Below the pieces are notes generated by a model. That model was not told the origin of the DNA. It did not search any database and saw only the letters and a program-made list of their open reading frames with translations. DNA of 64,000 nt from Mobula hypostoma (lineage: Eukaryota), in the NCBI RefSeq assembly GCF_963921235.1, contig NC_086108.1, positions 95,110,001 through 95,174,000 on the forward strand. Reading direction: 5' to 3'. Positions within the stretch are counted from its first letter, which is position 1. Each line of letters starts with the position of its first letter. Shown here in pieces: positions 52,050-64,000 of the stretch. The translations under genes were made by a program, and so were the position numbers.

Positions 52050-52292
52050 TAACATATTACTAACGGTTATAAAACTGGTGTACAACCTGTGATTCAGCAA
52101 ACAGTGTGAATTTATACGTTAACAATAGCTCCATAGTGTTGTGTGATCAGGAATTTAGACTACACACTAAACTATGGGAGCACAATACAATGGCCATCAC
52201 TAAACTGTTACAACCAATGAATCAACTTAAAACTCTGCAATTTTGTGGTGGATGCCAGAATCAAAACTTCCTGGAACAGGAGACTCTAAGGA

Positions 52293-53464
52293 TTTAAACG
52301 CAAACAACAGGAATTCTGCAGATGCTGGAAATTCAAGCAACACACATCAAAGTTGCTGGTGAACGCAGCAGGCCAAGCAGCATCTGTAGGAAGAGGTGCA
52401 GTTGACGTTTCAGGCCGAGACCCTTCGTCAGGACTAACTGAAGGAAGAGTGAGTAAGGGATTTGAAAGTTGGAGGGGGAGGGGGAGATCCAAAATGATAG
52501 GAGAAGACAGGAGGGGGAGGGATAGAGCCAAGAGCTGGACAGGTGATAGGCAAAAGGGGATACGAGAGGATCATGGAACAGGAGGTCCGGGAAGAAAGAC
52601 AAGGAGGGGGGGGGGACCCAGAGGATGGGCAAGAGGTATATTCAGAGGGAGAAAAAAGAGAGTGAGAGAAAGAATGTGTGCATAAAAATGAGTAACAGAT
52701 GGGGTACGAAGGGGAGGTGGGGCCTTAGCGGAAGTTAGAGAAGTCGATGTTCATGCCATCAGGTTGGAGGCTACCCAGACGGAATATAAGGTGTTGTTCC
52801 TCCAACCTGAGTGTGGCTTCATCTTTACAGTAGAGGAGGCCGTGGATAGACATGTCAGAATGGGAATGGGATGTGGAATTAAAATGTGTGGCCACTGGGA
52901 GATCCTGCTTTCTCTGGCGGACAGAGCGTAGATGTTCAGCAAAGCGGTCTCCCAGTCTGCGTCGGATCTCGCCAAGATATAAAAGGCCACATCGGGAGCA
53001 CCGGACACAGTATATCACCCCAATCGACTCACAGGTGAAGTGTTGCCTCACCTGGAAGGACTGTTTGGGGCCCTGAATGGTGGTAAGGGAGGAAGTGTAA
53101 GGGCATGTGTAGCACTTGTTCCGCTTACACGGATAAGTGCCAGGAGGGAGATCAGTGGGGAGGGATGGGGGGGATGAATGGACAAGGGAGTTGTGCAGGG
53201 AGCGATCCCTGCGGAAAGCAGAGGGGGGGGAGGGAAAGATGTGCTTAGTGGTGGGATCCCGTTGGAGGTGGCGGAAGTTACGGAGAATAATATGTTGGAC
53301 CTGGAGGCTGGTGGGGTGGTAGGTGAGGACCAGGGGAACCCTATTCCTAGTGGGGTGGCGGGAGGATGGAGTGCGAGCAGATGTACGTGAAATGGGGGAG
53401 ATGCGTTTAAGAGCAGAGTTGATAGTGGAGGAAGGGAAGCCCCTTTCTTTAAAAAAGGATCTAA
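52293..53464 (-). mobile_element. Young 5'-truncated Penelope element (GIY-YIG + tail + hammerhead 52399-52436)
   Basis: ORF 52725-53051 VIYCVRCSRCGLLYLGEIRRRLGDRFAEH. 12-bp TSD agactctaagga (52281-52292, 53465-53476). Confidence 0.92.
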
Positions 53465-54039
53465 AGACTCTAAGGAGGTTCCTTTTCTAATGATAGTGGA
53501 ATGTAGAAGATCATGATTCTCTTCAGCCAAAAGTACCTAGCTGATTTCTCTGCTGCTTCATCGGGTTTCATTGTTACAAATGCCAATGTGATCAGAATTT
53601 GAGCCATACAGTGAACGTGGCTTCTCCATGCCCTGTGATGTTGAATGCTGTTGCTGTCATGAAATAAATGTTTGTCCTGTCTCAAAGTAGTTAGGAGTGA
53701 CCTGCATAACTTCAATGTTAACAATCTAATAGAATACTTAACATTTTAAATATAGTGCTAACATTGAGAATCTCAGTATGTCAAGGACAAAGACACCCAT
53801 TAGATTGGCACACTAAGCATTCATTTAATCTATTGTTGGTATATCATGACTGCTAAGTGCATCACCTTAGCTATAGGGAAAGATTTTGAGGGATATAGTT
53901 AAGATAAATGTATGCAGGTTCTTTTGCCTCTGGGTGAAACTACAGCTGGAGGTCATCGATTTAGGGTGAAAGGTAAAATACTTGACAGGGATTTAAGGAG
54001 AAGCTTCCCTCAAAGGGTGATGTGAATGCGGAGGTGGTC

Positions 54040-55576
54040 GATGCACATACCAATCCTCATAGAGGGGTCAGAAGTGGAGAGAGTGAACAGCTTCAAGTTC
54101 CTGGGTGTCAAAATCTCTGAGGATCTAACCTGGTCCAAACATATCAATGTAGTTATAAAGAAGGCAAGACGGCGGCTATACTTCATTCGGAGTTTGAAGA
54201 GATTTGACATGTCAACAAGTACACTCAAAAACTTCTATAGTTGTACCGAGGAGAACATTCTGACAGGCTGCATCACTGTCTGGTATGGAGGGGCTACTGT
54301 ACAGGACCGAAAGAAGCTGCAGAATTGCAATTTGCCTGTCGCTGTGATAGGTCAATGGCAGCCGCAATCTCAAAGGCTCTCCACACGGCTTCAGTCCACC
54401 TGGACAACAGAAACACCTACGTCGGGATGCTGTTCATTGACTATAGCTCAGAATTTAATACTATTATTCCCACAATCCTGATTGAGAAGTTGCAGAACCT
54501 GGGCCTCTGTACCTGCCTCTACAATTGGATCTTTGACTTCCTAACTGGAAGACCATAATCTGTGCGGATTGGTGATAACATATCCTCCTCGCTGATGATC
54601 AACACTGGCTCACCTCGGGTGTGTGCTTAGCCCACTGCTCTACTGTCTACATACACATGACTGTGTGGCTAGGCATAGCTCAAATACCATCTATAAATTT
54701 GCTGATGATGCAACCATTGTTGGTAGAATCTCAGATGGAGACGAGAGGGCGTACAGGAGTGAGATATGCCAACGAGTGGAGTGGTGTCACAGCAACAACC
54801 TGGCACTCAACGTCAGTAAGACAAGAGCTGATTGTGGATTTCAGGAAGGCTAAGTCGAAGGAACACATACCAGGCCTCATAGAGGGATCAGAAGTGGAGA
54901 GAGTGAGCAGTTTCAGGTTCCTGGGTGTCAAGATCTCTGAGGATCTAACCTTGTCCAACATGTCGATGTAGTTATAAAGAAGGCAAGACAGTGGCTATAT
55001 TTATTAGGAGTTTGAAAAGATTTGGCATGTCAACAAATACACTCTAAAACTTCTATAGTTGTACTGTGGAGAGCATTCTGACAGGCTGCATCACTGTCTG
55101 GTATGGAGGGGCTACTGCACAGGACCGAAAGAAGCTGAAGAAGGTTGTAAATCTAGTCAGCTCCATCTTGGGTTCCAGCCTACAAAGTACCTAGGACATC
55201 TTCAGGTAAGAGTGTCTTAGAAAGGCAGCGTCCATTATTAAGGACGTTCAGCACCCAGGCCGTGCCCTTTCCTCACTGTTACCATCAGGTAGGAGGTACA
55301 GTAGCCTGAAAGCACACACTCAGCGATTCAGGAATAGCTTCTTCCCCTCTGCCATCCGATTCCTAAATGGACACTGAATCTTTGGACACTACCTCACTTT
55401 TCCTTAATATACAGTATTGTTGTTTTTGCACTTTTTAAAAATCTATTCAGTATATGCAATTGATCTACTTGTTTATTATTTTTTTTTCTCTGCTATATTA
55501 TGTATTGCATTGAATTGCTGCTGCGAAGTTAACACATTTCACGTCATATGCCAGTGTTAATAAACCTGATTCTGAC
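54040..55576 (+). mobile_element. Rex1/Babar LINE with a duplicated internal segment
   Basis: RT motifs present. 54041-54322 is repeated at ~54863-55138. Tail is aataaacctgattctg. Confidence 0.85.
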
Positions 55577-57199
55577 ATTCAGTTGTAACATATAGAAGTT
55601 TGGATAGGTACATAGATGAGAGGGTGTTTGGAGGGATATTGTCCCAAGTGCAAGTAGATTGGACGAGGCAGGAGATCAGATTGGCATGGACTAGATAGGC
55701 TAAACAGCCTGTTTCTGTGTTGTTGCACTCTGAGAAGCACATTGGAATTCAGGAAGCTCCTTTGACAGTACATCCCAGACCAGTAACTTCCACAATACAT
55801 AGCAACCAAGACTAATTGGTACATGGGTATACTACTACTAGAACATTCTTTTGAGTCTTAAACCATACAAGCTTGAAAGTCTATTTTCTGTTCTTTAATC
55901 ATTAGATCAGGATCCTGCAAGCTCCTATGCAACAGCACTGGTGAATGGCAGTTGTGAAAAAAGTGACTTCCCACTAGCTTTTCAAGGGCAGTTTGTGTCT
56001 TGCCACATCCCATGAATGAACTTCTTTTAAAAAGGTGGTGCACTACCCAGTGGTATGTAAACACTTTAGAGCTGTTTGATTATTCACACTTACACAACAT
56101 GGTATGCAACTTGGTGTCCTGCTGATGGGATGTTGTCTGATCTAGTTTGATAACAAATTATAGATTAATTAGTTGCTATTTTAAATTCTGCTTGGAAGTT
56201 ATTTTAATGTTTGTTTTTGCTTTAGTTATGGATTTTAGTCATTTCCTTTTCATTCTGTTTCCAAGCTGCAGCATCATTGTGGGCACTGACACATTTCGGG
56301 TTATTAGCAATGCCAATCTTGGAGTCCCAGTCCATTGATCCCTCAGTCATAGTGCAAATAAATAGAGTGCATATGATGTGTTTGGTCTTCATTAGTCAGG
56401 GGATTGAGTTTGAGAGCCACGACGTGATGTTGTAGCCCTATAAAACTCTGGTTAGACCATTCTTGGAGTATTGTGTTCATTTCTAGTTGCCTCGTTCTAA
56501 GAAAGATAAGGAAGTTTTAGAGAGGGTATGAAGGAGATTTACCTGGATTAGAGAACGTGTCTTATGGGAAAAGTTTAGTGAGCTAGAGCTTTTCTTTTTG
56601 GAAGGAAAGAATGAGAAGCAGCTTGGAGGTGTGTAAGATTATAGATATAATGGACAGCCAGTGCCTTTTTCCCAGGACAGCAATAGCGAATACCGAAGGA
56701 CATTTTGAATTGACTTTATTACTTATATCCTTCACATACATGAGGAGTAAAAATCTTTATGTTGCGTCTCTGTCTAAATGTGCTATGTGCAATTTATAGT
56801 AATTTGTAATAAATAGTATGTATGGCAGGACAGTCAATATAGCGTAGAAATACAGTTGTATCAGCGTGAATTAATCAGTCTGATGGCCTGGTGGAAGAAG
56901 CTGCCCCAGAGCCTGTTGGTCCTGGCTTTATGCTGCAGAATTGTGTTTAAAGTGAGTACAGCAAAGTTTCAGGGAGATGTTAGAGTTTTTTTAAAAGTCA
57001 CTGTTAAAATAGAACAGGTACATTTAAAAGGGTTCTTAAATTCACTGGTGATTGCATAGTGTTCAATCTCACTTGCAGTTCCTCAGCAAATGAAGCAGTT
57101 CATACCTGCATTCAACAAGACCAAGGCAGCTTTCAGGCGGGGCAGATAAATAACAAGTAATATTAAAGTCTGCAAAAGTACCAGACATTGACTATCTAA

Positions 57200-57960
57200 G
57201 GTAGTACACTTTGGAAGGACAAACTCCAAGGCAGAGTACAAAGTAAATGGCAGGATACTTGGTAGTGTGGAGGAGCAGAGGGATCTCGGGGTACCTGTCC
57301 ACAGATCCCTGAAAGTTGCCTCACAGGTGGATAGGGTAGTTAAGAAAGCTTATGGGGTGTTAGCTTTCATAAGCCTAGGGATAGAGTTTAAGAGTCGCGA
57401 TGTAATGATGCAGCTCTATAAAACTCTGGTTAGGCCACACTTGGAGTATTGTGTCCAGTTCTGGTCACCTCACTATAGGAAGAATGTGGAAACATTGGAA
57501 AGGGTACAGAGGAGATTTACCAGGATGCTACCTGGTTTAGAAAGTATGCATTATGATCAGAGATTAAGGGAGCTGGGGCTTTACTCTTTGGAGAGAAGGA
57601 GGGTGAGAGGAGACATGATAGAGGTGTACAAGATAATAAGAGGAATAGATAGAGTGGATAGCCAGCGCCTCTTCCCCAGGGCACCACTGCTCAATACAAG
57701 AGGACATGGCTTTAAGGTAAGGGGTGGGAAGTTCAAGGGGGATATTAGAGGAAGGTTTTTTACCCAGAGAGTGGTTGGTGCGTGGAATGCACTGCCTGAG
57801 TCAGTGGTGGAGGCAGATACACTAGTGAAGTTTAAGAGACTACTAGACAGGTATATGGAGGAATCTAAGGTGGGGGCTTATATGGGAGGCAGGGTTTGAG
57901 GGTCGGCACAACATTATGGGCCGAAGGGCCTGTACTGTGCTGTACTATTCTATGTTCTAT
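57200..57960 (+). mobile_element. Young 5'-truncated CR1 LINE
   Basis: Uninterrupted ORF 57267-57899 (CR1 RT C-terminus) and tattctatgttctat tail. Confidence 0.93.
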
Positions 57961-60900
57961 CTTCAATCAAGGTGAATTTATTGGTGGCACGGCCAGCATT
58001 ACTCTTCTTCCACCCCCATTACCTTTCTGGAGATGACCATTGTGGAACTCAGTTGCAAGTGCTGCACTTACGCAAGCTTGTCAGTGGCTGGGTGTCGTGC
58101 AGTGAGTTACTCCTGATGCCCCAGAATATTCCATCTTCTATAGAGCACTTAGGTGCCGACTTCCCACTAAAACATGAAGATGCATCATCAGAGGTATCTC
58201 GGAGTAAAATATAATTTTTATTAACATTCATTGAAGAAAATGAAAACATAATGTATCCTTTCAGGGTTCTCAGTAGGGTGGATCTAGAGAGGATGCCCCC
58301 TCTTGTGGGAGAGCAAGGTACTATGTTAGCCCTATCTCAAAAGAAGGGCTTCTTTGAGGTAGAGAAGAGGGGATTTTTTTCGCCGAGTCATACGATTTTG
58401 GAACTCTGAGTTGCTGAGAAGCAGAATCTTTTGAGGCAGATTATTACAAAGCAAAGACATGAAAGGTGACCACAAGAAGGCAGAAATGTGAAGTAAAGAT
58501 TGCAATGACTTCATCAATTCCAGTGACTGGGGGAGCAAGGTCTACTTCTGCACCAAAATTTTATCTTTATGTACAATATGTGCTAAGTGGCATTGCATGT
58601 TGAGGCGAGAAGGTGAGACGTCATCGGTTTTGATAATGCTGGTGAGAATGAATCTGAAATTGGAGTCTGTTAAGGCAGATTTCCTGCCTTTAACTATACT
58701 TGGGTGACTGAATGTGGTTTAAAGTAGGTGTCAAAGCAATTTTTTTCAGTTACTCCTGACACACTTACAGTATCTATCATGTTACCATTATCTCTCTCTA
58801 ATGCTGTGATCTGTGTTTAATCTCATTTGTGAAGGTAGCATTCACTTTATTGATGTGATAGAATACCCCGGTCTTTTCAGTAATTTGGTAGTGGCCATTT
58901 CTCTTGAGGCCTCTGCTAAATTTAACAGATCCACATTTGTAAGGTCATTATCATGTGATGCTAATAATTCCTCTGATAATATTCCATATCATCTTGACTA
59001 CTTCAAGCCCCACCTATTTGCCAACGTGTAAATGTCTTCTTCAAGATTTACATGGGTGAAATCATCCTCAAGATGTATTCTTTGGCAATCTTTCAGTTGT
59101 ATCTTTTCCAGATTTCCCAAATGATTATCTTTGCTGCTTGTTTCCAAAATTACATACTTTATTACATGTTACACAGCTTTGAACATAGTCATGATACCCT
59201 GACCCATAGTTGTAACAATGGTATATTAGCAGGCAATATAGCAGGATATTGTCAGCCACGTCCTTAATGTTAACTGATTGTCTAAATGTTAAGGTGAACA
59301 AAGCTGCACTGGTCATGGTAGTTTGTTCTATACTACTGATTGATAAAGGAAAAGAAAAATTGTGTGATATTATCTTGGAAGAGCAGCACATTACCCAGGT
59401 TTCTTTGTTATATTCGCACCCCACTGGAAATACGGCGTTTGTATATCATTTTAGAGCACTTGAGTTTCTTTGACTGGTTGATTGAGAGTCAAGTTGATAT
59501 TCAGCCTTAGCATCATGCATAGGGAGAAGGGTAGAATAATCTTTGGAAGCCTTGAAGCCTGGAACAATTTTCATATGCCTTGGGTTGATCATACTTGAGC
59601 ACATCCTCTTCCAAGAGAAATAAAACCAGAAAATAATTTTTCTGGGGCTCCTAGGCACGACTCGAGTAGCAGCAGTACTCTCAATGGATATGATTAAATA
59701 TTCCCTTTTCAGCTTGATACAACTAAAAAGCACAACTGCTTCCAAGGTCAGTACAGTCAACAAAGACGTCTCTTTCTGTAATTTATTTTTTCATCAAACA
59801 AACATTTCCACAAGATGTATTTTAGACGCTGTACATAGATCATATAATCATATTTGTCACAAATCTCCACATAATACTTATCTGAGGTATACACTTATAG
59901 AAAGGAGAGGAAAGAAAGAACAATCGAAAGAAGAAAACAATGTACAGAGCAGGGAGTGATCTTTTTTTTTAACAACATATTCATTGACTTGTGAGAATAA
60001 AATCAAGCCTATGAGGTGTTATGTAGTAAAACCACTTTTTCCAGTAGGAATAAAATTGTTCCATCTTATGATTAACAGTGATTCAGGAACAGATTTTTCC
60101 CCTCTGCCATCCGCTTCCTAAATGGACATTGAATCTTTGGATACTACCTCATTTTTTTAATATACAGTATTTCTTTTGCATATTTTAAAAAATCTATTCA
60201 TTATATGTAATTGATTTATTTGTTTATTTTTTTTTCTCTCTGCTAGATTTGTATTGCATTGAACTGCTGCTGCTAAGTTAACAAATTTCACATCACATGC
60301 TGGTGATAATAAACCTGATTTTGTAGTGCTGTATTGTCTGACCTGTTGAGTACAGAAAATACTCAATAGGTTAGGCAGTATTTTAGAGAAAGGAGCAAAG
60401 TTAATTTTTGAAGTCTGAAACCCTTTCTTAGAACAGAGGTTTGGACTTAAAATATTAGCTCTGTTTCTCGTTCCACAGATGTTTCCTGATTTGCATGGCA
60501 TCATCTCCCACCTTCCAGCTCCTATCTCAACCCTCTCTCACCATTTTCTGCAGGTTATCTTCCATCTGCACTTTTGAGGGTTTTGATTTGAAACACAGGT
60601 CATCTCTTTGCCTCCACAGATGCTGCTTGACTTACTGTTATCCTCAGTTTTGCTCCAACATCTGCTGTCTTTCCTTTCCAGCATCTGTAGGTTTTGTTTT
60701 GATTCTTAAATGTTTGCTTAGAAATGTACTTCCTCGATACTTTTTTATCAGGTCTTTGGGAACATGTACTCTTGCCAAAGTAGCTGCGCTTTTTCCTAGT
60801 AAGATTAATAATTTACAGGTGTGCAATGCTGAAACCAGCCTTGATTTTTTTTTTGCACTTTCAGTTCGTATTATTTCACGTCTAGCATGATATTACTATT

Positions 60901-61200
60901 ACAAGGGAGAAGGTGCTCAAAAAGCTGAAAGACCTAAAGGTACATAAGTCACCTGGGCCAGATAAACTGCATCCTTGGGTTCTGAAAGAGGTTGCAGTAG
61001 AGATTGTGGAGGCATTAGTAATGATCTTTCAAATCACTGGACTCTGGCATGGTGCCAGAGGACTGCAAAATTGCAAATGTCTCTCCACTGTTTGAAAAAA
61101 GGAGGAAGGCAGCAGAAAGGAAATTATAGACCAGTTAAGCAACATACATCAAAGTTGCTGGTGAACGCAGCAGGCCAGGCAGCATCTCTAGGAAGAGGTA

Positions 61201-61238
61201 CAGTCGACGTTTCAGGCCGAGACCCTTCGTCAGGACTA
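61201..61238 (-). ncRNA. Minimal hammerhead ribozyme (intact core)
   Basis: UAGUC CUGACGA A GGGU CUCG GCCU GAAAC GUC GACUG. Confidence 0.78.
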
Positions 61239-63507
61239 ACTGAAGGAAGAGTTAGTAAGAGATTTGAGAGGGGGAGGGGGAGATCCAAAATGATAGGAGA
61301 AGACAGGAGGGGGAGGGATGGAGCCAAGAGCTGGACAGGTGATTGGCAAAAGGGATATGAGAGGATCATGGAACAGGAGGCCCAGGGAGAAAGACAAAGG
61401 AGGGGGGAGGGGACCCAGAGGATGGGCAAGGGGTATATTCAGAGGGACAGAGGGAGAAAAAGGAGAGTGAGAAAAAGAATGTGTGTATAAAAATAAATAA
61501 CGGATGAGGTACGAGGGGGAGGTGGGGCATTAGCGGAAGTTAGAGAAGTCGATGTTCATGCCATCAGGTTGGAGGCTACCCAGACGGAATATAAGGTGTT
61601 GTTCCTCCAACCTGAGTGTGGCTTCATCTTTACAGTAGAGGAGGCCGTGGATAGACATGTCAGAATGGGAATGGGATGTGGAATTAAAATGTGTGGCCAC
61701 TGGGAGATCCTGCTTTCTCTGGCGGACAGAGCGTAGGTGTTCAGCAAAGCTGTCTCCCAGTCTGCGTCGGGTCTTGCCAATATATAGAAGGCCACATCGA
61801 GAGCACCGGACGCAGTATATCACCCCAGCCGACTCACAGGTGAAGTGTCGCCTCACCTGGAAGGACCGTCTGGGGCCCTGAATGGTGGTAAGGGAGGAAG
61901 TGTAAGGGCATGTGTAGCACTTGCTCCGCTTACAAGGATAAGTGGCAGGAGGGAGATCAGTGGGGAGGGATGGGGGGGACGAATGGACAAGGGAGTCGCG
62001 TAGGGAGCGATCCCTGCGGAAAGCAGAGGGGGGTGGAGGGAAAGATGTGCTTAGTGGTGGGATCCCGTTGGAGGTGGCGGAAGTTTGTTGGCTTTGTGGA
62101 ACAATCTATGTTCCATGCCTATTCTGGTATCTGTCCCCCACTTTTCCTTCGCTACATCGATGACTGCATTGGCGCTGCTTCCTGCACGCATGCTGAGCTC
62201 GTTGACTTTATTAACTTTGCCTCCAACTTTCACCCTGCCCTCAAGTTTACCTGGTCCATTTCCGACACCTCCATCCCCTTCCTAGATCTTTCTGTCTCTG
62301 GAGACAGCTTATCCACTGATGTCTACTATAAGCCTACTGATTCTCACAGCTATCTGGACTATTCCTCTTCTCACACAGTTTCTTGCAAAAATGCCATCCC
62401 CTTCTTGCAATTCCTCCGTCTCTGCCGCATCTGCTCTCAGGATGAGGCTTTTCATTCCAGGATGAGGGAGATGTCCTCCTTTTTTAAAGAAAGGGGCTTC
62501 CCTTCCTCCACTATCAACTCTGCTCTCAAACGCATCTCCCCCATTTCACGTACATCTGCTCTCACTCCATCCTCCTGCCACCCCACTAGGAATAGGGTTC
62601 CCCTGGTCCTCACCTACCACCCCACCAGCCTCCGGGTCCAACATATTATTCTCCGTAACTTCTGCTACCTCCAACGGGATCCCACCACTAAGCACATCTT
62701 TCCCTCCCCGCCTCTCTCTGTTTTCCGCAGGGATCGCTCCCTATGCGACTCCCTTATCCATTCGTCCCCCCCATCCCTCCCCACTGATCTCCCTCCTGGC
62801 ACTTATCCGTGTAAGCGGAACAAGTGCTACACATGCCCTTACACTTCCTCCCTTACCACCATTCAGGGCCCCAGACAGTCCTTCCAGGTGAGGCGACACT
62901 TCACCTGTGAGTCGGCTGGGGTGATATACTGTGTCCGGTGCTCTCGATGTGGCCTTCTGTATATTGACGAGACCCAACGCAGACTGGGAGACCGCTTTGC
63001 TGAACACCTACGCTCTGTCCGCCAGAGAAAGCAGGATCTCCCAGTGGCCACACATTTTAATTCCACATCCCATTCCCATTCTGACATGTCTATCCACGGC
63101 CTCCTCTGCTGTAAAGATGAAGCCACACTCAGGTTGGAGGAACAACACCTTATATTCCGTCTGGGTAGCCTCCAATCTGATGGCATGAACATCGACTTCT
63201 CTAACTTCCGCTAAGGCCCCACCTCCCCCTCGTACCCCATCTGTTATTTATTTTTATACACACATTCTTTCTCTCACTCTCCTTTTTCTCCCTCTGTCCC
63301 TCTGACTATACCCCTTGCCCATTCTCTGGGTTCCCCCCCACTTTGTCTTTCTCCCTGGGCCTCCTGTCCCATGATCCTCTCATATCCCCTTTGCCAATCA
63401 CCTGTCCAGCTCTTGGCTCCATCCCTCCCCCTCCTGTCTTCTCCTATCATTTTGGATCTCCCCCTCCCCCTCCCACTTTCAAAACTCTTACTAACTCTTC
63501 CTTCAGT

Positions 63508-63545
63508 TAGTCCTGGCGAAGAGTCTCGGCCTGAAACGTCGACTG
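63508..63545 (+). ncRNA. Hammerhead ribozyme with a mutated core (CUGGCGA)
   Basis: tagtcctggcgaagagtctcggcctgaaacgtcgactg carries A6>G and a stem II mismatch relative to the intact copies. Confidence 0.6.
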
Positions 63546-64000
63546 TACCTTTTCCTAGAGATGCTGCCTGGCCTGCTGCGTCCACCAGCAACTTTGATGT
63601 GTGTTGCTTGAATTTCCAGCATCTGCAGAATTCCTGTTGTTTGCGTTTATAGACCAGTTAGCCTGATCTCAGTGGTTGATAAGAAGTTGGAGTCAGTTGT
63701 TAAGAATGAGGTGCTGGAGTACCTGGTGACACAGGACATTTTAGGACAAAGTCAGCATGGTTTCCTTAAGGGAAAATCTTACCTGATGAACCTGTTGGAA
63801 TTCTTTGAGGAGATAACAAGCAAGATAGATAAAAGGGATACAGTGGAAGTTGTATATTTGGACTTTCAGAAGACTTTTGACAAAGTGTCAGACTTGAAGC
63901 TGCTTACCAGGTTAAAAGCCCATGGCATTCCAGAGAAGTTATTGGCATGGTTACAGCATTGGCTGATTGGTAGGAGGCAGCAAATGGGAATAAAAAGATC

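Larger units (their letters stand above)
61138..63646 (+). mobile_element. Young Penelope/Poseidon-type element with an inverted upstream partial copy
   Basis: Sense part ~62084-63646 has an open frame with RT (FLRYIDD, FLD, YYKPTDSH) and GIY-YIG (VIYCVRC..LYIDET..R..EH) ending at 63214. 61138-62085 is an inverted copy of ~62657-63608. 14-bp TSD ttatagaccagtta (61124-61137, 63647-63660). Confidence 0.95.
60892..64000 (+). mobile_element. CR1 ORF2 fragment split by the Penelope dimer; runs off the window
   Basis: KSPGPDKLHPWVLKE..NYRPV before the insertion. Continues after 63660 colinearly with 18000-18340. Confidence 0.88.

Noticed and set aside
61910..63214. 434-aa ORF as a complete novel gene
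   Set aside because: The first ~58 codons come from the antisense inverted arm. The rest is a 5'-truncated Penelope RT-GIY-YIG lacking the N-terminal RT motifs.
32624..64000. Next EVI5 exon (expected LLETDSKSLRS...)
   Set aside because: Not recognised in the sequence or ORF track. It probably lies beyond the window, though a manual miss is possible.

Overview
Vertebrate genomic DNA, most likely from a cartilaginous fish (probably a ray; inferred only from the repeat mix of CR1, Rex1/Babar, Penelope/Poseidon and V-SINE). The window lies in the 5' part of EVI5 (+ strand). One confident coding exon sits at 32391-32623. It is flanked by long introns, and there are 2-3 candidate alternative first exons. 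Most of the rest is nested transposable elements: CR1 and Rex1 LINEs, five solo LTRs with target-site duplications (TSDs), and non-autonomous hAT, Harbinger, pogo and Tc1 DNA transposons. The most notable system is a Penelope-like (RT + GIY-YIG) family whose 3' repeat carries a ~38-nt minimal hammerhead ribozyme. It occurs as truncated copies, as a 2.5-kb inverted dimer and as 200-400 bp fold-back miniatures, with 9-15 bp TSDs and two discrete 3' ends. All calls were made by eye, with no database searches. Boundaries of old repeats are approximate.
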